DNA of 58,591 nt, the filler included, from Sphacelaria rigidula (lineage: Eukaryota), in the NCBI GenBank assembly GCA_964200075.2. It is 7 parts of 7 records of this genome, joined end to end, with 100 filler letters (N's around TTAATTAATTAA, not from the genome) between each part and the next. Parts side by side here need not be neighbours in the genome. Positions count along the whole stretch, not along the records: positions 8,387 to 16,671 come from CAXNAA020011653.1; positions 16,772 to 25,056 come from CAXNAA020011654.1; positions 25,157 to 33,441 come from CAXNAA020011655.1; 4 more parts are not named here. One strand, given 5' to 3'. Of the stretch, positions 13,501 to 25,302 are shown one piece after another (the first letter of the stretch is position 1; every line of letters begins with the position of its first letter). Below the pieces are notes generated by a model. The model did no database searches and was not told the DNA's origin. It was given only the letters and a program-made list of their open reading frames with translations. The position numbers and the translations under genes were made by a program.

Positions 13501-15762
13501 TCAGCAGCATCATCAGCAGCAGCGAGAACAGAGGCTGCAACCGGCATCCTGTAGCAGCAACAATAATAGCAAGAGCAGCAATCTTGGATGCAACTATTCG
13601 ACCTCTCCGGCAAGAGAGTCTACCGCTCAAACCAAACGACCACGTCCTTGGACTTCCACTCCACTAGATGGAGGAGGTGAAGGCGTCGTGGAGGTGGCGA
13701 CGGCGCTTGTCCAGACCGAGCCTTCCTCTGCGTCCGTTCGTCCGATAAGTGGCAGCCCCGTTCATGAAAAAGATCGGGTATACCCTCCGGGGCATCCGGC
13801 GAACAACAGTATGGGGGCAGAGCGGGTCCCTGCGGTCCGTATTAAGGGGGCTATCGCTTCCTCTTGGATTGAGAGCGGTAATGAAAGTGCTAGTGACAGC
13901 GATAGTGACAGCAGTAGTGATGTCGTTGTCCGGAGAAGAGACGGCTCGGTTGTTTTAGCCGCTGACATGAGTGAGGTGTCTGCATCCCCCGCGAGTAAGG
14001 CGAAGAAGGTGAGTGAGCGACGGGTAAACAGAAAAGGATATGGAAAAGAGGCGTCACGTAAATGAAGTGCGTCTAGTTGTGGGTTCGAGATAAATGCACC
14101 GAGAAGGGGGTGCTTCATCGTGTGATGTCTGTGCTGTAGGAAAGGCCCTGCTGTTGCCTCTGCTTATAGTCAGGGAGCTATTTTCTGATGCCGTGACTTC
14201 GTCGCACGCTTCAGAGAGAACGCGGTCGTTCAAGCTCCCACGGCAGCAATCGGAGATTCCGCACGTGCCCAATGAATACCCCCATCGAAAATGTCTCATG
14301 TACCTGCTGGAGGGAGGGAGAGCGCATCGTAACACCCGTTCCATTTACAGTCGTGATATGTGTCATTTGCCTTCCTTGAAGGACGAAAGAAACCTCACCC
14401 AACACTTTCCTCGTGAACGGGTTCTGGTGTCGATTACCCGGAGCCTCGGCGAGACCACCTTGTGGCAGCCAGATGGGGTAGGCTCCTCGAGCGTTCGGAA
14501 AACTTTGCTCAAGACAGTGTGGGAGTTGAACCCACTAAAACCCCCTGTCACCTTTGCGCAGTGCACGCGCCACCGTACTCTTATGAGCTTCGGCCCTAGG
14601 ATGTCACGTGTAGTTGCGAATAATTGAGTTGTTTCTGGTACCGAACCAAGCCTGTCAAAGTGTCGTACATGCGCTCTGGTACACACTGCATTGAACTGCA
14701 GAGGTGTTCTAAGCTCACCGTTGCCAACCCCAATCCTCTGGTACGTCATGTGTACCATTGATGAAAATGCACCGTATGCTCATCACTCATCGTTGCGCGT
14801 ACGTTGTCATTGCCGATGTGTCGATAGGAAAATCCCCAGGTTCTCCGTGGCGCCTTACCCGGATTTTCGTGTTGGGGAAACGAGAGCGATGACGATGACG
14901 ATGACGAGGGTAATTGCTCACGGAAGCAACATGTTGATGGCGTGCAAGATACGCAAGAGCAGCAGGACAGTATGGCTGACCTGACGGCCCACGCAGCGAA
15001 GTTGCAGAGAGAAAAAGTGGAAATTACGGAAAACTTTAGAGTGCTGCATGACTCTTTGGGAAATGTGAGCGTTGGCCGGGTGCAGGATAGATGCCGCATG
15101 GCGACGATCTATTGATGCTGCCTTTTAATTTTGGTTTATTTGGGATTGGGTATGTTTCAGAGTGAGAATGAAGTGGAGAATAACCCAAGGGCATCCCTCT
15201 GCTTGCATTGCGTCTTGCCTGCAGTACGGGCAATTGCTTCGCACTACGAATTCGAGATTCTGATCATGTGCTTCACATGTATATCTTCATCCTGCATGTA
15301 CTGGTCTATGAGTTGCTTCTGGGCTGATGGGAACAATGGTAGGATCTTGACGCAAATATGTTGCTGTCGCGTGGATGATTGAGACGAGCAGGAACGAGAA
15401 AGTTTGTCGTAGCACCTCGGGGTGGGTGCGACAGCGACAGCGTATTAATGCTGTGCAAGAAAGCTTTTCTTGATCAACTCCTGCAGTCGCCAGCATATCG
15501 GCGTGTGTTGTGCCGGCAAAATAATGGTACAACGTCCGCCATTCGTCGAAAATACAGCAGACGGATTTTTCCCTAGGAGTAATATTTGGGGAATCCCGGC
15601 GCTGCCCGAATGTCTTCATGCATGTAGGCCAAGACCGAGATTGAGCGGCGCATTGGCAACGCTGAACGAGAAGAGAAGAGTATGGTTGACGCCCTCGCGG
15701 AGGTGCGCTGGAGGCTGAGCAGGGATCAGCGAGAACTACGAAGGCTTCACGCCGGTATCCAG
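13442..15762 (+). pseudogene. degraded, unidentified multi-exon gene with short introns and a coiled-coil C-terminus
   Basis: Phase-0 exons bounded by AG/GT: 14828-15064 (ENPQ...DSLGN), 15161-15223 and 15628-15762 (AKTEIERRIGNAEREEK...). Introns 14741-14827 and 15065-15160. Upstream low-complexity ORF 13442-14065 has a donor at 14009. Stops in the middle exons. Confidence 0.5.
13464..13524 (+). repeat. (CAG)n microsatellite
   Basis: Directly visible, interrupted CAG run. Confidence 0.95.
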
Positions 15763-16533
15763 GTATACTGTGTTCCCTCGGGTTCACCCGGGTTGTATTG
15801 TGAGACGTTTGTGTAATAAATGCGTTTCAAGACCTGAATTCCTTGCGAACGCAAGACGGGCCTGAAAATACAGCAGTAGGTGTCTCGAACTTGAACTCAG
15901 CTACCGACACACTATCGTTGGGATGATTGCTCGAGGACGTTCGTGATGAGGAAGGACATGTGACGATGCCGCCGGTTGTCATTGGAAGGGTGAATGTGAC
16001 GCCTGGGGTGTGACTTGAAACACGTGCAGTATTCCCTATTTTGTCTTCTGTTTTCCCACCGTGGTGCCTGAGATTTGGCTAAGGGTGGACAGAGCATTTT
16101 ATCGTGTGGTATTTGCACCCCCGTATACAATACGAGTCTGTCCCACAATACTTCAGTGTATGTGAGGATACCGTAGTAGTATGGAAAGAAATGAGAGACT
16201 TTCTGAGAAACCTGCAGTTTACCAGGCAACGGGAGCATATTTGATATCTTGAGGGTACCAATCAAGTATGTGATACGGAAAATTTGTAGAACCGATCCGT
16301 GGAAACGATTCCAACGGGGTGGGTGCCGCCGAAACCCGAGAAACCCTTTTTTCCAGACTAATATTTTCGAGAGTCTGATGGACAAACCGCAAAAGTTAAT
16401 ACAGCCTGCTTCTGGTCTCGTCGTGCATCTATGTTGAGTGTTCATACCCCATTCACTGCTCTCTGATGTATGTTGCAACCACATCTGTGCCTCAGCATGA
16501 GTGGATCCTCTTCGTCAACCTTTGCAGTGGTTC

Positions 16534-16671
16534 CAAGGATCGGACAAATAATGATTCGTCTGGAAGTTACTTGGTTTTAGTATGATGATTCTACTAGTGA
16601 CGAAGCAATCCCTAGGCTTCATTTCAGCGTCGCAACCCAGGTACACGCAGCCTAGACACGTGGAAATGCGC
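16534..16671 (+). mobile_element. ~255-bp MITE family B, left part (cut by contig end)
   Basis: Matches 35332-35470; shared core CAGCGTTGCAACCCAGGTAC. Confidence 0.8.
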
Positions 16672-16771
16672 NNNNNNNNNNNNNNNNNNNNNNNNNNNNN
16701 NNNNNNNNNNNNNNNTTAATTAATTAANNNNNNNNNNNNNNNNNNNNNNNNNNNNNNNNNNNNNNNNNNNN
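16672..16771. other. artificial contig linker
   Basis: N44-TTAATTAATTAA-N44. Confidence 0.98.
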
Positions 16772-16912
16772 AGGTGGGGTATTAAAAACAAATAAAAAAG
16801 ATAAAGCTCCTGTGTTGACCTTCCTCCTGTGTGACCCCAGCTGATGCGCCCACATATACCGAAAGGGGTAGACTGGTGCCCAGAACAAATGGGACGACAA
16901 CACACACACAAC
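16772..16912 (+). mobile_element. SINE family A, 3' part
   Basis: GTGTTGACCTTCCTCCTGTGTGACCCC...ATATACCGAAAGG...(CA)n. Confidence 0.85.
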
Positions 16913-17760
16913 ACATTTTACGTCTATATCCGGGCTGTGTTATGGTAGGTTACAGAAAGAGGATGGTTAGCTTCTTCATTTCATGTCCATGCCTGGGCTG
17001 TGTTATGGTAGGTTGAACAAAAAGGATGATTAGCTTCTTCATTCCATGTCTATGTCCGGGCTGTGTCATGGTAAGTTGAAGAAAAAGGATGGTTATCTTC
17101 TTCATTTCATGTCTATGTCCGGGCTGTGTTGTGATAGGTTACAGAGAAATGATGGCCAGCTTCTTAATTTCATGTTCATGTCCGGGCTGTGTTATGGTAG
17201 GTTGAAGAAGCATGAGGGTTTGCTTCTTCATTTCATGTCTATGTCCGTGCTGTTATGGTAGTTTGAGAAAAATGATGTATAGCTTCTTCATTTCATGTCT
17301 ATGTCAGGGCTGTGTTGGGGTAGGTTGAAGAAAATGCATGCTTACCTTCCTCATTTCATATCTATGTCTGAGCTGTGTTATGGTAGGCTGAAGAAAAAGG
17401 ATGGTCACCTTCATTTCATGTCTACTTCAGGGCTGTGTTACGGTAGGTTGAAGAAAAAGGATGATCACCTTCTTCATTTCATGTCTATGTCCAGGCTGTA
17501 TTAGGGTAGGTCAACGAAAAAGTAGGGTTAGCTCCTCCATGTCATGTTTATGTTCGGGCTGTGTCATGGTGGGTTAAAGAAAAAGGAGAGTTGGGTTATT
17601 TATTTCATGTTTATGTTCGGACTGTGTTCTGGTGGGTCAAAGAACAAGGATGTTTAAATTCCTCATTTCATGTCTATGTTCGGGCTGTGTTATGGTAGGT
17701 TGAAGAACAAGGATGGTTAGCTTCTTTATTTCATGTCTATGTCCGGGCTGTGTTATGGTG
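16913..17760. repeat. 63-bp minisatellite, about 13 copies
   Basis: Consensus CATTTCATGTCTATGTCCGGGCTGTGTTATGGTAGGTTGAAGAAAAAGGATGGTTAGCTTCTT, head-to-tail with no spacers. Confidence 0.95.
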
Positions 17761-18117
17761 GCGGAGAGAAGAAAAAAAGACAGGAAAGGGAAGAGATATC
17801 TGCAGAAAGAGGAAAGGAAAAAAGAAAAAGACGAAAAGAAAAGGAAAAAACACGGAGAATAAGGAAAAGAAAGGAATTGAAAATAAAAAGGCCAGCTTCG
17901 TTATATCATGCCTATATCCATCCGTGTGTTTCTGGAGGAAACAAAATCGGTTGTTTAGGTATTTGCATGTCTATTGTGTCTGTCCGGGACGTTGATGTGT
18001 CTAGTGGCGGTCTATGGTATAGGTACGGTGGCAGTCTGTACAATTCATGTCTGGGTTCTGGTGGCTTGCTTTACAGCGCCGTTGCCACTCGACGCCAACC
18101 CAAAAATCTGGGTGTGA

Positions 18118-18545
18118 GGGTTGAGCGATTCCTGATAGAGAACCTGGACCTGGTAGAAAGCAGATTTACCAGTAGTCGAGTGGAGGAGGAAGAACATGCG
18201 CAGAACCGCCCCTGTGGCAAAGCAGTAGAGAGTAAACGTCATACAGTGGCAGAATGCGAACTATACAAGGAGGAACGGGACGTGCTAGAGGGGGAAATGC
18301 GGGACGTGAACAAGGGTGGCATGGATTTTTTCATGCATCAGATGTTAGGGAGAAGACGATGACCACACTCGCTGACAGATGGTGGCCACAGGCGGCGAAA
18401 CAGAACGAGGATAAGAATGCGTAAGTCGTTTTCGTGCAACATATGGAAGAAACGTCGTGAACCCCGAAAGGTTGGAGGCATCTCTGTGAGGAGTAGGAAC
18501 GATTCTCGGTCTCGAAAGCGATGCGTGATCAATGGTCAAAAGACT
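18118..18545 (+). mobile_element. 3' end of a LINE (C-terminal zinc-knuckle region), family C
   Basis: Decayed CPCG-x3-E-x3-H-x4-C knuckle (RPCGKAVESKRHTVAECELYKEERD) followed by DRWWPQ...NIWKKR...SRKRCVING. Homologous tails at 13235, 19502, 41425 and 41724. Confidence 0.8.
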
Positions 18546-19044
18546 GTTACAAGGGGCAAGCACAAATGATAACGCCCCTGCCATTACTACTCGGAATTCA
18601 CGCCCGCCACTATTTCTCCGCCCAAACTGCTGGCTGATGGTATTGTCTCTAGGACGTATGGCCTATACGGCCCATGCTCCAACAGCTGAGGTCTGTGAGA
18701 CATGTCTTGTCTCCCTTTATTCCTAATTTCTAGCTCCTTGTCGAGTCTGACAGATGAGACGTGCTAGACGTACTACCCCCGCCCACTCTTGGAAAATAGA
18801 TTTATTGCTCGTCGTCAATCACACAGGAAATCGCAGAAACGGTCGGAGCCTGGGCATACTCGTACTGATACCTTAGAGGTGTTCCACAACTTCCATGCTA
18901 AGGCTGATGGTCTTTGCACCAATTCCGGTTAAGCATACATATTGTCAATACTGCCCCCCCCATCCCTTCATCACCCAGGCGGCAGTACATTAGCCGTGGC
19001 TGTTTCTGGAAGTGGCGATACCAGAAACTAAAGCAACTCCTTGT

Positions 19045-19215
19045 AGGTTGTCATCCAAATGCAAGATAATCNNNNNNNNNNCACGGCGCTTCGCGCTTGG
19101 TGATTGTGTGCAAGCCTGGTCCGGTGAAAACCCGGCGTGCTCCGTCCCGGCTTCGTAGGGACGCGAGGTCAATGGTCTTATGACTGTGGCATGCATGATC
19201 ATAAGTAACCCCCCA
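19045..19215 (+). mobile_element. retroposon 3' end, family D, ending in a C-tract
   Basis: Collinear with 41172-41410 (GTCATCCANATGCAAGATNATC...CACGGCGCTTCGCG...GCGAGGTCAATGG). Confidence 0.7.
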
Positions 19216-19245
19216 CCCACCTTCAAAACCCGGCTGTATCGACAG

Positions 19246-19446
19246 GTTTCTCTGGGTAACGAGGCGTTTCTGCTGTGGTCGTATCTCGTGGCGTCCGCCC
19301 CGTTGTCCTACCGTCTGAAGCCGCTGCTGCTCAAGGCCAGATGTACTCTGGAGAGCTGGGCGTCCGCTCTCTTCTTTTCCTCCGGAAATTTCTGGGAGAC
19401 ATCGTCTTGCCAGCACCAGGTCAATGACGAAATGATACCTGACAAG
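19246..19446 (+). CDS. candidate internal exon of an unidentified host gene
   Basis: CAG| acceptor and |GTAACG donor; 201 nt, phase 0-0; only one frame open (VSLGNEAFLLWSYL...EMIPDK). Confidence 0.55.
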
Positions 19447-19501
19447 GTAACGGCGTGCTTTTATTGCCTTTGCTTTTCGTTTTTTTTCTTCCCCCGAAGA
19501 T

Positions 19502-19575
19502 GCTCCGTCTCGAAAGGGATGCGTGGTCAATGGTCAGATGACTAAGGCAAGCAACAAATGAGTACGCCCCCCCCC
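19502..19575 (+). mobile_element. 5'-truncated LINE family C tail followed by poly(C)
   Basis: GCTCCGTCTCGAAAGGGATGCGTGGTCAATGGTCAGATGACTAAGGCAAGCAACAAATGAGTACG(C)n. Confidence 0.8.
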
Positions 19576-20785
19576 NNNNNNNNNNTCTCCCCCCCCCCAT
19601 CCCCCGCCCGGAAGGGGCGGGGTGGGCTGGGAAAGAACCAATAAGACAACACACCACACACCCCCCCCCCCCCCCCCCCCCCCCCCGAAGATCTTTAATG
19701 CCACACTTCGCACTTACCTCCTCGGGATGGACGGATGCGTCATCTCGGGAGAACAAACCCGACAACCTCTTTCTTTGGAACTACCCTGGTACTGTACTAC
19801 GTCGCCGGATTTCATGTTAATCGAAGACGATCACTATGCACAGAATATTTTGGTTTGTGCCCAATTTTTCTTGGGACCGAGCAACTCGACATCTTGCCGT
19901 GAAAGTATAGATTACTACGAGCTGAGCTAGCTGACGGTAAGTTGCGAATGTATCCGGGCCGAGCGGTGGGTACTCCGAGGCGTTGGGCGCTGAAATTTTG
20001 ACGCGAAATTTTTATCATCACTACGCCAAACCTTACCTTACCGGGGATGCCAAGAAAAGAACAACAGAAAGGTGAAGCGATTTGAAGCTTTTGCGAAAAC
20101 TAAAAAATACTATAACTCCGTGAAAATAAAGAAATACGGGGGCATCCCTGGTGTAGTTGTGCGTCCTTGTGTGGAGGAGATCCAGGTGCATTTCGGCCAA
20201 AAATTCCATAAATTTGGCGCAGCATCCAACTTTTCGTGTGGCACGGCTGCGTTTTTTTAACCTAAGTGATGCAGTTGGCTCCAGTTATGGGAGTCACGAG
20301 TTCGAATCCCGACGGATTTCTTCTTTTTTGTTCCGTCGGTTGGGTGACAACACTATGCAGTACTTTTTTTTTTTTTTCACTCAGCGGCAGTCCCGTGCGT
20401 TACCACGTTGGTCTGCAGGTCGCACCGGTATGCTCAAGTCGGGCTGACTTGGTAAACTTAATTAGTTATGGTGTGACATGCAAATACGAGACTCACTGCT
20501 GGCCCAGCTTGTATGAACCCATCGGACGACAGACGCTATTTCGGAACAAAATCTACGGCTGCCCTTCAACGCCGTCAACTCCGACGCTACGGCTGACCAG
20601 CTCCTCTCTGCCAGGGATCACTGTATACAGCGGCAACAGACCTTGTACCGTATCCCGTGGTCTCAAGTCAGTTCTGAGTAATGTTTTTTGTTCGATCAAA
20701 AGAGTTGTTTGTCACATATGTCCAGCAGTCCATATCATCAGCGTATTGTTCTTGGAGCGCATTTGGTGCGTTGCGAAGTTGCTTA

Positions 20786-21974
20786 CGAGTTGGGCCAGCC
20801 TAGAGGCGAATTCGTAGTTTGCAGGCCCATTCGCCGGCCAATATTTAGAGTTGGAGCCTAAAATTTTCAATGTACAATGAATAGTGCATGGTGAAAATCA
20901 CGAGTGCACCAAAATAGTTTTTTTTCATGTTGAGGGCATTTTATGGATACCTGATGAAGACTGGTTGTCGCCCTTGGCTCATGAAAAAAAATCTCTTTTG
21001 GTGCACTCTTGTTTTCGCTGTTTAATCTGCCCTATTCATTGTCCATACCAAATTTCAGGCTCCAGTTCTAAATAAATATTGGCCGGCAAATGGGCCGTTT
21101 AGTAACTGGGTCGGTAGAATTTGGAACAATATTTGCAAGCCAGTTACCGGCCCATTACGTTGTGTTCGTGTATCGAAATTTGTTGTGAGACCTCGCTGGG
21201 GCATAACGAACCAAAAGAGTGGGTCTAGGTCAGTTGGTTATTTTTTAATTTCTTCACCGGTTTAGGGCGATCTCTTGTGGTAACGACCATTTTTTTTATG
21301 AGAACGTCCGAACCTCTCCTCCCCAAAAATAAAGCCCATTTTTTTTATTCAGCATTCCTCTGTGGTTCTCCATGCTAAGTTTCAAATCATAAATTTGAAA
21401 AATGAACGAAAAAAAGGATACAAGGTCCAAAAGTAATTTTCGTTTCTCCTCGAAGCTCCTCTAAAAAGCGAAGAAATGAATAAAAAACAAAGCTGATACT
21501 TTATTTTATTTTGCACTGGCGGTTCTCCGTACGAAATTTCATAGCACAACTCCCAAGAACTGAGATGCGATATCCAGATTTAGTGCATCTAGTGCCTCTT
21601 CTCAAAACATATTGATTTTAGTGAAGAATATTATGTGTGTCATATTTTGAGATAGATAGCGAATTAGGTGAAGGTGAGGGTATCTAGCGTCTCCCCGTGC
21701 TCCAGGGAATGTCCACATAAAAAATTGTCATCTGCTGAATGTATCGTTCGGGGTTTCACATAAATTTTTGTAGGGACGCTCTCTCCGTTGGGTACAGAAA
21801 TTACTAGGCATGTGTTTTGATCAACGAGAATAAGTTGGCCCATACTTTTGAGCAAATGAGTACCTTCCCCTTGAATCGATGATTAATAAGATATGCGGAT
21901 CACGGCCCCACTCGTCTGTGTCGATGGAATATTGCCTTTAGAGCTTGAACCCGTTTCTAGCCCGGCCCAGCTCG
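20786..21974 (+). mobile_element. non-autonomous TIR DNA transposon (Tc1/mariner-like ends), family E
   Basis: TA|CGAGTTGGGCCAGCCTAG ... CTAGCCCGGCCCAGCTCG; full-length inverted homologue at 45323-46493; no transposase ORF. Confidence 0.8.
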
Positions 21975-22211
21975 CAGGGACGGGCACATATCCTGGGGCA
22001 CCGTAGAGTTTGAGAGTATGAGGAGTACCTGGTGCTTTAGGGTACGCAAATACCAACTGCCGAGTCTGCGGTGGGAAGGCGGCGTATATTGCCATCGCTA
22101 TTACGTGTGCTAGTACAGATATGCTCTTTCTTTCAGGATTTCCCCCGGATCGTCACAGGTGTCGTTTGTCGATAATAACCAGTATTTCAAGAGTACCTAG
22201 AGTGACAACCG

Positions 22212-22340
22212 GATTGATTGATGGATTATCGCACATTAACGGATCCCCCAGGAGTCATGATCCAGCCGTGATCATCCACAAGATGGACGTACCCGAGATG
22301 AAACAAAACGGGAACACTGGCTGAAAAAAGTGAAGAAAAC
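22212..22340 (-). repeat. dispersed repeat family F with an (ATCA)n-like end, probable retroposon tail
   Basis: GATTATCGCAC...CCAGCCGTG...GGACGTACCCGAGAT also at 38995-39130 and, inverted, at 31420-31590. Confidence 0.65.
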
Positions 22341-23296
22341 AGAAAAGGTACAAGAGGCAGACAGAGTAGACTAGAACATAAAAATGATCGAAGAAAGATA
22401 CCCAACCAACCAACCGAACAAAACAAAACTAAACAGAAGCAGAAGTCACAAGTACTCCGTTCTCCAAGTTATCCGGATATCGAGGGTATTGATACTCCGA
22501 AATAATCCTTTTGTACACCCCGACCTCCCCTCAGCACCTTTGTACATGCGCGATAGTGGAGCGCCGGCTGTACTGCGTAATCGGGGGGACACAGAGAGTC
22601 AAGAGGCCAGCTTTGGCTTCCTCAGGTGTTGCGATCATGACCTGGACAAAATGTAAGGAGCTCCTGGTTCCAGACTGGTTAACTCTGCTGAATGCAAAAG
22701 TTTGGTCATCTACCCTGCGACCGAACATTATGTGATTCACAACTCTCACGTATACCGTCGAAGAGTTTTTTTGTGCGTTTCTGTTCCGAGATTTTGGAGG
22801 ATACAGTCTTATCGCCGTAAGTGGATACTACATTGTCGTGGGGGTGGTTGTCAGAGGGGATGTGAATCCATACTTCTCAGCTAGTAGGCTGTCAGCAGCC
22901 TTTTGTTATGGTTCAGGGAGGAGGATGATCCTGGTGGTTTGCTCTCTTCATGAATCATTGTTGTACCGTGTCGTGGCGTCTTGGTATACCACACGCATGA
23001 CCAGGGGCGCTGCTGGCCCAGTCAGGACTACGTTAGCTGTACTGAGACGGTGATATGCTACTAGTGGTGACTGATCCAACAATAATTATGACGCGCGGCG
23101 TATGCGTATGCGTTGCACACGACCTTTATGTTCCGCCACGAAAAATCACTGTTCCGAATTCCATCAGACGTTTCCTGTCCAGTAATAATGTCCAGCTCGA
23201 GATCCTCATGGTTCGAGGGTTAAGACTGAGTTACACATGTTGGCAGCCATTTTGTTTTCTTTTCTGTGTCTGTGGGTTTGTGATATTTCCGAGTAG

Positions 23297-23443
23297 GATG
23301 TGATGTCCATGGTGGTGAACTCAAGCATGACGGAGACGGACGGCTCGGAGGTAGCGGGGAAGGGCGGTGCTGTGTTGTGGAAAATGGTGTGGATGGCGTT
23401 CATGGTCTGCTGCGCTGTTCGTCAGTTACTCGGATGCATCCAG
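23297..23443 (+). CDS. candidate internal exon, in frame with exon 19246-19446
   Basis: Pyrimidine-rich tract with TAG| acceptor and CAG|GTGCGT donor; 147 nt, phase 0-0; DVMSMVVN...VLWKMVWMAFMVCCAVRQLLGCIQ. Confidence 0.55.
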
Positions 23444-25056
23444 GTGCGTAAAAAACATACACAAACGAATAACCAATTAGCAACCCTTACAACTCGATAT
23501 GTTGTGTACACTTGCAGCCTGTCATCCGTCCATTTGCGTATATGAACGTCTTCTAGAGACAGCGATACCCCAGAGTTGGTTTGCAACTTTGCACGACAGC
23601 CAGGCGTGTAGTCAGGAGAGGCATTTTGTGCTTTCGTGATATTTTTAGTCACATGGAGATGTCACAGGTTGCCTTGTTGTGAAACTCATTGTAGTACAAC
23701 AGTTGTGATATTCGCGACTGGGAAAAATAGTGACGATCCATGCACATAACGTCCAACTGACCGTCTTCGCTTTTTCGAATGACGACAACGAGAGATTAAG
23801 AAAACCTTCATCCTGCAAGGAGTAACCCAAGAGTTCCACCCAGACTGGTGCTGGTGTCATGAACCAATTTGACGAGCGTGGCGACGTGGCTGTACGCGTA
23901 AGAAGACGAATGACAGCATTCAGGTTAGGGAAAGTTCCACGGACACGAGAGGCGCCCCCCTCGAAAGCTGGACCTGCATGCGCACTTTCTTCTCCATTCT
24001 TGAGATTAGGGCTCGTCCGTTTCGGGAGGTTCTCGGATGCGTCGTCCAGGCGGGGGCTGCGACGCAAATAATGAGCCCCCCCCTCTCTCTCCCCGACTGG
24101 TGTGAAGCATTTCAGTATCCGGCAAGCCACCTTCATGCTGCTTTCCCTAGATGCCTTCACCCCCACTATGGACCTTTTTTGAGAGTGACAGCCAGCCCTA
24201 ACCCCAACAGCACCGGTGATGGATGGGACATGTGACATCCGCAATAGCGCTTCATTGCGTCCTTAATAGGTCATGGACACAACTGTCCTCCCTTCTTGTC
24301 AGCTGATGAATGTGTTGGATATCAGCCATTTGAAAGTCGAAAATCGCCCATTCCTCTCTTCGTCGCCCATGTTCATGCCCAGCCTACCGTACGTCATGTT
24401 GGGTCACTGGCCATAACCTCGGACACGATAGGGACCTGTACAACTATGCTTTCATTTATCAACCGAAAACCAATTTTTACCGGAGTCGCCGCGCAATTAT
24501 GATGATTTTTTTCCCTTCATTACTTTCCCCTACCCTTGGATGTTCAATCAATTTTCCTCGGCTTCCCTTTTTTGTGTTTACCGTTGGTTGTGGGGTATTA
24601 TGAAGTAATCCGGGGCAGCAAAAGACATTGAAGCTCATTTTTCCTCTGTGAACGAGGCCCCGCACTGGGACGGTATATGTTTGTTTAACATGGGAATATT
24701 TTCGCCGAGAGTTTTCGCTGCGCGATACTTTCAGTGACGCAAGTTTCAGTCGCATGGCTGTCGGAGTCCACCGTACGGCAACCGCTAGTTTGCTAGTCGT
24801 CCCGGGCGACGGTAGGTTTCGTGTCAAAGATATTCGTCTCGTGGAAACCGCCGTGAGCGATGACCAGCAGACTGTGTGTATAACGCCTCAAAGCGTGCCT
24901 TGACTCATGATGTCTACGACGGGTCAGACTTCGAGCTGTATTCTTTTCGGCTGGCGTTCTAGTTATTCAGATGTGCGCTGTAGCTTCAGGATGCGGCTCG
25001 ACGCGCTGCCCACACCCGTGCTAGACCTCGGACGCGCGCCCGCCTGCACGCCAGTC

Positions 25057-25156
25057 NNNNNNNNNNNNNNNNNNNNNNNNNNNNNNNNNNNNNNNNNNNN
25101 TTAATTAATTAANNNNNNNNNNNNNNNNNNNNNNNNNNNNNNNNNNNNNNNNNNNN
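25057..25156. other. artificial contig linker
   Basis: N44-TTAATTAATTAA-N44. Confidence 0.98.
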
Positions 25157-25302
25157 CACTCTTTTCCCAAACCACCCCTCTCCCATCTTGGACAATGGTC
25201 ACACGACTAAGGAAAAAAACACAAAAAAACCCCCCCCCCCCCCCGCGCCCTTCCTATCCGTGGAAATTGTATTTATGTGTAAAAAACTACATGAAGAAAT
25301 AG

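Noticed and set aside
16913..17760. CRISPR-like array
   Set aside because: Units are contiguous and similar along their whole length, with no unique spacers and no cas genes, in a eukaryotic context.
23540..24440. 199-aa minus-strand ORF and neighbouring fragments
   Set aside because: No recognisable motif or consistent frame; not supportable as a gene.
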